Position numbers and translations under genes: made by a program | The notes under the pieces: generated by a model | Databases searched by the model: none | What the model saw: only the letters and a program-made list of their open reading frames with translations | What the model was told of the DNA's origin: nothing | DNA from: a virus | Lineage: Duplodnaviria > Heunggongvirae > Uroviricota > Caudoviricetes | Length of the DNA stretch: 52,349 nucleotides | Reading direction: 5' to 3' (one strand) | IMG/VR virus record: IMGVR_UViG_3300037311_000024 | Span: 1 to 52,349 of that record | Shown: one piece after another, positions 8,895-16,990 of the stretch | Position numbering within the stretch: position 1 is the stretch's first letter | How the letters are laid out: every line of letters begins with the position of its first letter

Positions 8895-9356
8895 TTACTC
8901 CTCATTGTTTTTGCTCTTATTGAGCGGTTTGAACACACGTGCCGGTCGGAGAGACTTGGGAACCTCAGGAGAGTCAGAAACCTCCCGAGATCCCCTAGCG
9001 TCAGCCTCCGCCTTAGAACTTTTTCGATCTTGAAACTTAGCCATCTCCTCAGAGCTGGCGATAGACTTCTCGACCTGAAAACCTGCTAGCGCAAGCGCCC
9101 TACCTACCGACACCGTTTCAGTATATTCGCCAACCTTCTCACCGTCAAGGTTATCTAGGAAGGCGTGGCCCATAGAAAAGGGCTTATCGTCGTCAGGCTT
9201 ACGGAAGAGCTTTGCTTCCATGACCAGACGTCCATCGATGATGCTGTAGTGCGTCTCGACACGGCCTTCTGGATGTTTACTCCAGAACTCCATGAGTCGA
9301 GTGTTTACGCTTACGTAGGATTCCTTATCAAAATCGTCGTCGTTTCGAAAGCTCAT
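8895..9356 (-). CDS. Probable single-strand annealing protein (Rad52/Sak-like)
   Basis: The pattern YVSVNTRLMEFWSKHPEG...ETVSVGRALALAGF...SIASSEEM resembles phage SSAPs. It sits next to an exonuclease. Confidence 0.6.
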   Translation of the reverse strand: MSFRNDDDFDKESYVSVNTRLMEFWSKHPEGRVETHYSIIDGRLVMEAKLFRKPDDDKPFSMGHAFLDNLDGEKVGEYTETVSVGRALALAGFQVEKSIASSEEMAKFQDRKSSKAEADARGSREVSDSPEVPKSLRPARVFKPLNKSKNNEE

Positions 9357-9484
9357 GGAGCCTCCTTGGTGATCAGGGCTTTAGTTCCCCGATCGATCTG
9401 TTGTGGGTTGAAGTGCTTAGTTCCTAGGATCACTGCTGCGGCGAAAAGCGCTGCGATGACCACTGAATAGAATGACTCGGTCAT
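9353..9484 (-). CDS. 43-aa single-TM micro-protein
   Basis: MTESFYSVVIAALFAAAVILGTKHFNPQQIDRGTKALITKEAP. The ATG is 1 nt after the nuclease stop and the stop overlaps the next ATG. Confidence 0.6.
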   Translation of the reverse strand: MTESFYSVVIAALFAAAVILGTKHFNPQQIDRGTKALITKEAP

Positions 9485-9485
9485 G

Positions 9486-10589
9486 TTACTCCTTCGCTTT
9501 CTTGTCTTCGAGATACGAGATCTCTTCGAGCTTCTTACGACCCCAGCAGTGCTCGTAGAACTCACACGGTTTTCCGTAAGCCATACAGCTTGTGGGGTTC
9601 TTGAAGTTAACCTCGTTCTTGATGGCGGCCACGACGTTTGCGTAGTCTTCCATCAGGTCCTCGATCTCTTCTTCGGAATACTCTTTGAACACGAGCTGCG
9701 TCTCTCCTCGAAGCTTAGCGATCGTGTACTGACCCTTGCCGCACTTCTTGCAGTTCTTGGCCATACCTTCGCGCTCTGCACCGCAGTTGTCGCAGGACTT
9801 GTCGATCTTAACCTTCTTGAGAAGGATGGCGTAACCTGCTTTGTTAGACCCGATCTCGTTACCAAGCGCGGCTACGTAGGTTCTGAGCTGCTCAGACGAC
9901 TCAAGCGCATGCCGGTCGTAGGGGTAAGAAGCTGTCTTCAAGTCTAGGATCAGCCAGCCGTGAGTCTTGTGAAAGACTACGTAGTCGACGTACCCAGAGA
10001 TCTTGTCGCCTTTGTCCCCGACCATGGCGATCTCTCGCTGCTTTGCGAGATGCTCGGTCTTGGTCATGTCAAGCTCAGGAAGGATCTCACGCTCGAACGC
10101 CTCGACCATGGCGTTACCACGAATACGGCAACACTCCCAGATGACTCGGTTGTAGAAGGCAAGCTCGGAGTCGGTGACTCCCTTAGGAGACTTGATAGCC
10201 TCACCAACCTCCTCGAAAGCCTCAAGCCATCGCTTCTCTGGTCCGATAAGCTCAGCTGCCCAAGCGTCGAGTTTTGCTTCATCTTGAGCGGTCGCGAACA
10301 GGTTCTTGTCGAAGTCTGACGCGTAGAACTGGATCTCAAGGTTGTCGAAGATCTGTCGATACTCGCTACCTTTGATGTGCTCGACCTCCCAGTTAGCCGC
10401 AAAGGCTTGCTGAGCGTCCTCTAACGTGCCGCCGTCCATCAGAACGTCAACGCCCTTCTCGACCGCCTTACCGAAAGGAAAAGCTGACGAGATGCGTCGG
10501 TCTTGCCAACGCTTCGAGAGGAAGAACTTGGTAGGGCACTGCTTGTACTTAGAAGCTCCCGAGTAAGAAACGAAAACAGGTCTGCTCAT
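9486..10589 (-). CDS. Cas4/RecB-like PD-(D/E)XK exonuclease with Fe-S cysteines and a Zn-ribbon insert
   Basis: SYSGASKYKQCP N-terminal Cys, GYVD...DLKT catalytic motif, QLRTY, C-terminal C-x6-C-x5-C, and an internal CDNC...CKKC. Confidence 0.88.
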   Translation of the reverse strand: MSRPVFVSYSGASKYKQCPTKFFLSKRWQDRRISSAFPFGKAVEKGVDVLMDGGTLEDAQQAFAANWEVEHIKGSEYRQIFDNLEIQFYASDFDKNLFATAQDEAKLDAWAAELIGPEKRWLEAFEEVGEAIKSPKGVTDSELAFYNRVIWECCRIRGNAMVEAFEREILPELDMTKTEHLAKQREIAMVGDKGDKISGYVDYVVFHKTHGWLILDLKTASYPYDRHALESSEQLRTYVAALGNEIGSNKAGYAILLKKVKIDKSCDNCGAEREGMAKNCKKCGKGQYTIAKLRGETQLVFKEYSEEEIEDLMEDYANVVAAIKNEVNFKNPTSCMAYGKPCEFYEHCWGRKKLEEISYLEDKKAKE

Positions 10590-10696
10590 GATTGCACCGC
10601 CCAGTTAATTAAGGTTAGGGCAAAGAAGAGCGCTGCCCAGTGATAAGCCTTGTCTAGAAGATTTACTACGCACATGATCGCCATGAGGTACGTCAT
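10586..10696 (-). CDS. 36-aa hydrophobic micro-protein
   Basis: Manual translation MTYLMAIMCVVNLLDKAYHWAALFFALTLINWAVQS*, with ATGA overlaps at both ends. Not in the ORF track. Confidence 0.6.
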   Translation of the reverse strand: MTYLMAIMCVVNLLDKAYHWAALFFALTLINWAVQS

Positions 10697-12354
10697 CCCA
10701 TCAACCCCGCTAGAGGATTAGGCATTCCGTCCTTAGACTCGGCATCAGCTACGATAGCGCCTCCGGTCGTAAGAAGCAAGCCTACGATCGATACCGCGTT
10801 CTCGAGGGCGGACTTCGTGACCTTGAGGGGGTCGATGATTCCTGACTCGAGAAGATTTACGAACTCCTTCTTACGCGCATCATAACCAACGCCCGGTTTT
10901 CCTTCATAGGAAAGCTTGGTCAAGATGACCGAAGGATCTCCTCCGGAGTTTGCGATGATCCGCTTGATGGGCTCCTGAAGAGCCTCGTGCATGATCTGTC
11001 TGGCTACGGTGTTAGTGTCCATGGCCTGAGCGATCCGGTACAGGGAGTAACCTCCACCGGGGAGCACACCTTCCGTGATCGCAACTTTTGCGGCGCAGAG
11101 CGCGTCTTCGATGCGGTCCTTGCGCTCCTTCATCTCAAGCTCTGAAGCTCCGCCGACTCGAATGATGGCGACACCGCCGGTAAGTTTACCGATACGTAGC
11201 CTGAGGTTGTCCTTGTCGAACTCGTGAGCGGTCTCTTCGAGCTGCTTCTTAAGATCGTCAACACGACTAAGCACAGCTTCCTCAGAACCTTCTCCGCCGT
11301 AGAACACGGTCTCTTCCGGACCGATTACCACACGCTCGCAGCATCCAAGATGCTCGTCTGAGATCTTTGACAGGTCCAAGATTCCTCGAGCCATGACGGT
11401 TCCGCCTAGGAGAGCCGCGAGATCTTCCATCATCTGGGTCCTGGTGTTAGGAGAACCATCGAAAGGGGCTTTGATGGCCGCGATGGGCATCTTACCTTGA
11501 ACTCGTAAAGCCATGAGATGGTTCTTCACGTCGTCAGAGTAGTCGTAAGCGATGAACAATATAGGAAAGGGAGCTACCTGAGGCATCCCACTCTCGTCTA
11601 GCTGCCAGAGTCTCTTAAGAACGTCAGACACCTCAAGCTCAGTCTTGATCTCACCTGCGTAGGTTAACACGGCGGGACGCTCAAGATCGCAGATGTTGCG
11701 AGCACGGTTGTTCACCATGTGGAAGCCTAGAGGGCCAAACTTACGCCAACCTTGTTTGTAGTGTGCGCCTTCGATCTTCTCAAGCTTCGTGTCTCGGGAG
11801 TAGCCGTCTTCGAGCGAGATGTGTCCATCTTCGCCTACAGCCTTGATGGCTTCGGCTACGACCTGAGCAGTCTCCTCGTCTCCGTTTGAGGAGATGCGGG
11901 CCACGTCTACCAGACGCTCCTCAGAGATCGGTACCGACATCTTGACGAGGTAGTGAACCACTTCGTCCTTCAGCTGCTTAAGCTCCTCGTAGAGCCCGAT
12001 GCCGTTGATACCTTGACGAACGTGCTTAAGCCCAGCGCGGAGCATAGCGTCCGCAAGTACGATGGAGGTGGTAGTGCCGTCACCGGCCTGGTTTACGGTG
12101 TTCTTAGCGACCTGTAGGATGGTCTGCGCGATGGTATTCTTAGTGTGATTACGATAAGTTACGTGCTCTGCGACGGTCACGCCGTCTTTGGTGATGACAG
12201 GAGACTTAGGGTTTCCGTAGGGATCGGTTCCGTGCTGCTCGAGGATGATCGGGTTACCGCCTGGGCCGAGGGTCTGGCCTACGATCTGAGCGATCTCAGA
12301 TACGGTCTCCTGAGCGATCTGGCGGGCATCCTGAGCGCCTACGATCTTACGCAT
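10693..12354 (-). CDS. groEL: Phage-encoded GroEL-like chaperonin
   Basis: TLGPGG, ITKDGVTVA, AGDGTTT, LTGGVAIIRVGG, KDRIEDA and GIIDPLKVTKSALENA; 553 aa. Confidence 0.97.
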   Translation of the reverse strand: MRKIVGAQDARQIAQETVSEIAQIVGQTLGPGGNPIILEQHGTDPYGNPKSPVITKDGVTVAEHVTYRNHTKNTIAQTILQVAKNTVNQAGDGTTTSIVLADAMLRAGLKHVRQGINGIGLYEELKQLKDEVVHYLVKMSVPISEERLVDVARISSNGDEETAQVVAEAIKAVGEDGHISLEDGYSRDTKLEKIEGAHYKQGWRKFGPLGFHMVNNRARNICDLERPAVLTYAGEIKTELEVSDVLKRLWQLDESGMPQVAPFPILFIAYDYSDDVKNHLMALRVQGKMPIAAIKAPFDGSPNTRTQMMEDLAALLGGTVMARGILDLSKISDEHLGCCERVVIGPEETVFYGGEGSEEAVLSRVDDLKKQLEETAHEFDKDNLRLRIGKLTGGVAIIRVGGASELEMKERKDRIEDALCAAKVAITEGVLPGGGYSLYRIAQAMDTNTVARQIMHEALQEPIKRIIANSGGDPSVILTKLSYEGKPGVGYDARKKEFVNLLESGIIDPLKVTKSALENAVSIVGLLLTTGGAIVADAESKDGMPNPLAGLMG

Positions 12355-12550
12355 CGGAAGACTCTCCAGGCTGGTTAGAAGCTAGGCGCTGAGCGTCCAT
12401 GGCGGCTGCTGCGCGTTTGATCTCGGCTTCTGAAAGCTTGGAAAGGATGAACGCTTCAAGCTCCTCAACCTGGCCTTTACGGATGTTGGAAAGCTTTCCC
12501 TGCGTCACCCAGCTGTATAAGAACTTCATGCAATCGTCTCTTAGGTTCAT
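12347..12550 (-). CDS. Hypothetical protein (67 aa), first gene of the leftward replication block
   Basis: The ORF overlaps the groEL start and is preceded by a promoter. Confidence 0.7.
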   Translation of the reverse strand: MNLRDDCMKFLYSWVTQGKLSNIRKGQVEELEAFILSKLSEAEIKRAAAAMDAQRLASNQPGESSDA

Positions 12551-12557
12551 GTTTAAG

Positions 12558-12586
12558 ATCCTACCTTCTTAGTGGTTCTAGGTCAA
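12558..12586 (-). promoter_or_regulatory. Sigma70-type promoter TTGACC-N17-TAGGAT
   Basis: -35 at 12581-12586 and -10 at 12558-12563. It shares TCTTGACCTAG with the promoter at 2510-2538 and has an A/T tract upstream. Confidence 0.7.
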
Positions 12587-12600
12587 GAGTTTTTTATTAG

Positions 12601-12629
12601 TTGACTGTCTCACCGTGTTATGGCATCCT
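12601..12629 (+). promoter_or_regulatory. Candidate promoter TTGACT-N17-CATCCT (TGn extension) for the helicase
   Basis: Good -35 and spacing but a weak -10. It is the only candidate found for the plus-strand island. Confidence 0.4.
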
Positions 12630-12635
12630 AGTTAC

Positions 12636-14063
12636 ATGGTTAAGCTTACCGTCCAGAACAGCTACTGTCAAGTCGAAGGTCTCACCTCAGAGCTTGAGAA
12701 GCGCCTTAAGGAAGAGATGCGCTACATGAACCAGTCGGTAGCTTACACCTACCACTCGAACCAGCGCGAGATCAACAGAATCCAGGCCATCCTGAACGAC
12801 AAGTCGATGAAGCACGACGGATCTCTAGAAGGTCGTCTGAAGTTCTTGGAAGCTCAGAATCGTGGGTTGTTTCGAGATCTCTACAAGGTCTTGTTCCGAG
12901 ACGGACAGTTTCCCACCGGACTTCTTCCTAAGTTTAAGTCCATCATGGACGGATGCGGAGCAGAGTATCAAGTATCTGATCTGAGGCGTGAGCCCAAGAA
13001 GAAGCAGCTGAACTTCGTGCTCGCTAGGAGCTTCCCTCTTATGCGCTACTACCAGAGAGCGGCGTCTAGGGTCGCGATGGAGAAGGGTCGTGGTATCGTG
13101 GTCGCGCCGACGGGTACCGGCAAGACCTTGACCGTGGCACGTATGATCTGGGAGATGGGCGTTAAGACTCTGATCATCACACCTAACAAGGCGATCACGG
13201 ACAACATGCTAGATACTCTTACTCACTACTTCGGTAAGGGTAAGGTAGCAAAACTTTCAACTAAGTCTGTAAAGACCAAGGCCATAAACGTGGTCAACAT
13301 CCAAGCTCTGATCAAGATCGACGCTAAGGTTTTCGAAGACGTCGACATGGTCATCATCGACGAGTTTCACCACGCTGCGGCGGCTACGTACCTAGAGGTT
13401 AATCAGAATCATCTGAAGAACGTGTACTACCGCATCGGTCTTACGGCTACGAACTTTCGAAACGACGGTGCGGACATCGCTTTAGAGAGTGTGCTGTCGG
13501 AAGTTCTGTACGAGTACACCATCAAGCAAGCCATCGCTGATGAGTTTTTAGTTAAGCCCGAGTTCGAGATCGTGCCCATCGAGCATGAGGGTAGGTCAAA
13601 CTATCAGACTGAGTACAAGGAGTGTCTGGTCGAGAACGACGAGCGTAACGGTGTGGTAGCTGAGATCGTGGAACATCACAAGAACGACTCGGTGATCGTG
13701 CTGGTTCAACAGATCGAACACGGTGAGCGCTTGGAGAAGCTCGTCAAAGGCTCTAAGTTCATCCACGGTGAAGAGAAGGATGATGTTCGTCAGAAGGCTA
13801 TGGAAGACTTCCGGGCTGGTAGGCTAAAGTGCCTGATCGGGTCTAGCGTGATCGGTGAGGGTGTGGATCTTCCGAGAGCTAACATCCTGATCATGGCGGG
13901 TGGAGGTAAGGCTAGGTCTACGGTGATGCAGCAGATCGGTCGAGTGCTTCGACCTTTCGAAGGTAAGACGAAGGCCGTAGTGTACGACTTCAGCGACGAG
14001 GGTGCTTCGTACTTAGAAGAACACTCTGTACTTAGACAGGAGATCTACAATACTTATGCTTAA
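12636..14063 (+). CDS. UvsW-like superfamily 2 DNA helicase
   Basis: Walker A PTGTGKT, DEFH, GLTAT, IGEGVDLP and QQIGRVLR. The ATG at 12636 is preferred over the GTG at 12615. Confidence 0.92.
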   Translation: MVKLTVQNSYCQVEGLTSELEKRLKEEMRYMNQSVAYTYHSNQREINRIQAILNDKSMKHDGSLEGRLKFLEAQNRGLFRDLYKVLFRDGQFPTGLLPKFKSIMDGCGAEYQVSDLRREPKKKQLNFVLARSFPLMRYYQRAASRVAMEKGRGIVVAPTGTGKTLTVARMIWEMGVKTLIITPNKAITDNMLDTLTHYFGKGKVAKLSTKSVKTKAINVVNIQALIKIDAKVFEDVDMVIIDEFHHAAAATYLEVNQNHLKNVYYRIGLTATNFRNDGADIALESVLSEVLYEYTIKQAIADEFLVKPEFEIVPIEHEGRSNYQTEYKECLVENDERNGVVAEIVEHHKNDSVIVLVQQIEHGERLEKLVKGSKFIHGEEKDDVRQKAMEDFRAGRLKCLIGSSVIGEGVDLPRANILIMAGGGKARSTVMQQIGRVLRPFEGKTKAVVYDFSDEGASYLEEHSVLRQEIYNTYA

Positions 14064-14301
14064 GTTTCAGTGTGAGTGCCGCTACTGCGGGTTCAGATGG
14101 GTTAAGCAGGTTACCGAGTACGCCGCCAGGACCGGAGACCTTGATGGTATCCGCTGCACGAACGGTAGCTGTAACGATCGTAACGTGAAGGTTACGGAAC
14201 TTAGTAAGTCTGGAGGAGACGCGTTTGGTTATCGCTTCAGTCCAGACTTTCCTAAGGAAGATTTCAGCGGTCCTGGTTACTGGGGTCAGTATTCGGACTA
14301 G
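14056..14301 (+). CDS. Small Zn-ribbon protein
   Basis: CRYC...CTNGSC cysteine pairs; overlaps the helicase stop. Confidence 0.7.
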   Translation: MLKFQCECRYCGFRWVKQVTEYAARTGDLDGIRCTNGSCNDRNVKVTELSKSGGDAFGYRFSPDFPKEDFSGPGYWGQYSD

Positions 14302-16949
14302 ATCTCTGAGATCGTAAGTTCTGAATCTGAGCCAGACAGGGTAGCCGTACCACCGTTTACGCGCCAGTACATGTCAAGCTTGTGAACTCCGGCTGGAAGG
14401 TAGATCTGTTTTGACAAGTTTACTGGAAAGTTTCTGTTGGCTGTCGGGACTTCTACGACCCAGCGTGTTCCTGATACCGGCGCTGAGTTTGCGTACAACT
14501 GCATTATGATCTGGTTGTTAGCGCCGTTGTTTGAGGCGTTTGCTCCGAAGTCCACTTTGAACCATCCGCCTTTAGAGGGTACGGTTAAAGACATGTCTGG
14601 AAGAGGGATAACGGTAGTGGATGTGGTGGTAGGGCTGCTAGTTACTCCAGTAGCAACTCCTCTGAACTTCTGCCGCTCTACCAAGCTCTCTACAGGGGAA
14701 CGCTTCCTGGAGTCTGCGATAGCGCAGCTTCCGATAGGAAGAGTGTTCTGGATCTCGACGTTGCTAGCGACAGGTGAGTGGACAGGAGTGATGACGTCTA
14801 CCGTGTCGATCCAGTGAACCGACGTAGTGTTGTTCTGAATTCGAAGTCTGTAAAGAGCTAGAGGTAGGCCACTTACTCGCATCATGTGTCCGTCGCCAGA
14901 TCCAGTAGTCATGTTCAAGACGCCGGTCGTGTTGGTGAAGGTCCACCCAGACGTAGAAGAGGACACCAAGGATGGGAAGTTAGCTAGGGTCAGGTTAACT
15001 CCGTTTAAGGAAAGCTGCACGTTGTTAGCTAAAGACCCACCAGCCTCTCCTCGAATTTCAAATCCGGTTCCGTAAAACGAGAGTTCTCGAGCAGAACCGC
15101 TCGCGTTACTTCCGGCTTCGTACCCCGCGATGTTTGCGGCTGGACTAAATCCTACAGACCACGAAGCGCCCAAGTACGTAAACTCTCTGGTCGCCGTCTT
15201 GCGAAGAAGACCTGAGCCGATCGAGTGAACGCTAGCTGCGCTGGTGGGTACGTAGTCAGCCATCAGGAAGTGTTCAGCAAGTTCGATGGCTCCAGATGGG
15301 ATGGACGGTTTCTTAGGAGCGTAGGTGATAAACCTCGAGATCCAAGGGCTGTTGGTGCCACCCAGTAAGTTTTGAAAACGAACAACGTGAGTGCCGTAAG
15401 GAAGTCCAGACACAACCTTGCGGAGCTGTCTGACAGATCCCGAGGTTGAGATGGTTCCGATAGAAGTGTTGTTGACGAACACTTCCATACTTAGGGTACC
15501 ACCACTTGCTAAGATCTCTACGTCAAGTCCGGTTCCCACGAACGTCAGGGATACAAAGTTTGAGGTGCCGTCGTGAGCAGCTACGCCTTCAACTCCGTTA
15601 ACAGGGTCGATACGGCCTTGTAGGGCGGTGAGTGTCGTAGTACCGTCTTCAAGCGTGAAAGCTCGACTAGAGTTTGTAGGAGTCAAGGTGCTGAAGTCGT
15701 CAGAACGGTTTGCTCCGAATTCCCTAGGGCGATATACGCGGATGATGTCTTCGTAGGTGTGGTCAGCTGATGTAAGGTTCGCTTGCGCGGAGTTCACCGC
15801 CGTAGCAGCCTTAGCTACCGACCCGTCAGACTTAAGGTATGTAACTACGCGAGCACCGCGTGCTCCGATGGTGCTTACAGAAGCGCCGTCTCTAACGATG
15901 GACTCAAAGCCGGTGGTCAAAGCTTGTTGAGCCTCGGAGATCAGGCTGATCTTCTTTGCAGAAGCTGATGCGGTTCCTGGACGAACTCGCACGTTCTGAG
16001 TTTCGCACAGAATCTCAACTCCACTTACTCCGAACGACCACGCTGGAGCGTTAGCCAGTCTGACCTTCACGGTATGAAGTCCCAGAGCGAGGTTGCTCGT
16101 AGCAGGGATGACGTTGTTTGGGTTGTAGTTTCGACCTGAAAGAAGAGTGTTCGCCACAGGCCAGATGTTACCGCCTTCTGCGCCTCCGTCTACGGACACG
16201 CGAACATCGGGGCTAGGGCTTCCGCTACCACCAAGAACTAGGAGGTTAAGTGCCGTTCCGTAGAAGGTAACTTCAAGATAATCACCGCTCGTGGTGCTGA
16301 TGGGCCTGAAGCCGTTTGCGTCGATGGTGTTGGTCCAGCCGTATCCTACGAAGCGAATGAGGTCTCGAGAGTCTCCGAGCACGCTGAACACTCGCTCACC
16401 TGCAGGTCCAAACTCGTTCTCGGTCTCAGTCACGCGGTTGATCGCGATACGCTCGACGCCGAAACGAGCTTTTAGGTCGTTGGCTAGGTCCGGGATGCGT
16501 TTACGGTTTACGATCTGAGTGTTAGGAACTGCGATGGTAAACGATTCGTCTACGAAAGCTTCAAATCCTTTTCCCATCACGTCGTAGAGCTGTGTGAAGC
16601 GGGAGTCAGTCTGAAGCTCCTGGTCACGCTTAGCTCCGAGCTTGATCACCTCGATGGAGGTGCCTTCGGCCATAGGGGCGTTAAGGGTGATCTGTGAGCT
16701 ATTACCTGACTGGTCTACTGAGGTAAAGGAGTAGTTACCGGTCTTAGAAAGAACCTTACCGTCGATGATGACTAGGATGTTGTCCGAGTCGGATGCCTGG
16801 ACGCTGAAGTTAAGGTTGATCACGGACTGCGCTGCGGTGGCAGCGGCCTCAAAGCGGTTCATCACCGGCATTCCCAGGTTCTGTGGGATGTCGGCGTTGG
16901 TTCTCTGCTTGATGTTTACCTTACGATTCAGGTCTAGAGTTTTTGGCAT
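14298..16949 (-). CDS. Tail fibre / receptor-binding protein 1 (883 aa)
   Basis: Three F-x-GT beta-sandwich repeats (TFYGTAL, TFVGTGL, SFYGTGF) and a C-terminal PSKGGWF...LPAGVHKL domain. It is paralogous to the next two fibres. Confidence 0.8.
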   Translation of the reverse strand: MPKTLDLNRKVNIKQRTNADIPQNLGMPVMNRFEAAATAAQSVINLNFSVQASDSDNILVIIDGKVLSKTGNYSFTSVDQSGNSSQITLNAPMAEGTSIEVIKLGAKRDQELQTDSRFTQLYDVMGKGFEAFVDESFTIAVPNTQIVNRKRIPDLANDLKARFGVERIAINRVTETENEFGPAGERVFSVLGDSRDLIRFVGYGWTNTIDANGFRPISTTSGDYLEVTFYGTALNLLVLGGSGSPSPDVRVSVDGGAEGGNIWPVANTLLSGRNYNPNNVIPATSNLALGLHTVKVRLANAPAWSFGVSGVEILCETQNVRVRPGTASASAKKISLISEAQQALTTGFESIVRDGASVSTIGARGARVVTYLKSDGSVAKAATAVNSAQANLTSADHTYEDIIRVYRPREFGANRSDDFSTLTPTNSSRAFTLEDGTTTLTALQGRIDPVNGVEGVAAHDGTSNFVSLTFVGTGLDVEILASGGTLSMEVFVNNTSIGTISTSGSVRQLRKVVSGLPYGTHVVRFQNLLGGTNSPWISRFITYAPKKPSIPSGAIELAEHFLMADYVPTSAASVHSIGSGLLRKTATREFTYLGASWSVGFSPAANIAGYEAGSNASGSARELSFYGTGFEIRGEAGGSLANNVQLSLNGVNLTLANFPSLVSSSTSGWTFTNTTGVLNMTTGSGDGHMMRVSGLPLALYRLRIQNNTTSVHWIDTVDVITPVHSPVASNVEIQNTLPIGSCAIADSRKRSPVESLVERQKFRGVATGVTSSPTTTSTTVIPLPDMSLTVPSKGGWFKVDFGANASNNGANNQIIMQLYANSAPVSGTRWVVEVPTANRNFPVNLSKQIYLPAGVHKLDMYWRVNGGTATLSGSDSELTISEI
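16180..16205. repeat. 26-bp exact direct repeat shared with 18849-18874
   Basis: GCGCCTCCGTCTACGGACACGCGAAC occurs in fibres 1 and 2 and encodes VRVSVDGGA. Confidence 0.9.
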
Positions 16950-16975
16950 CTTTCTTCTCTTATTCTTTAGGCTTC

Positions 16976-16984
16976 ATTATACCA
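16976..16984 (-). promoter_or_regulatory. Extended -10 promoter TGGTATAAT
   Basis: Perfect TGnTATAAT in the gap upstream of fibre 1, followed by AAGAATAAG at 16959-16967. Confidence 0.7.
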
Positions 16985-16990
16985 GGTTCT

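Noticed and set aside
9486-10589. CRISPR-Cas adaptation module
   Set aside because: The Cas4-like gene has no cas1/cas2 neighbours and no repeat-spacer array is visible. Stand-alone Cas4-like nucleases are common in phages.
15850-15866. GAGCAC-CGC-GTGCTC inverted repeat present in fibres 1 and 3 (also near 21331)
   Set aside because: It is only a 6-bp stem and is explained by the conserved GARGAR peptide. No recombinase is in the window.
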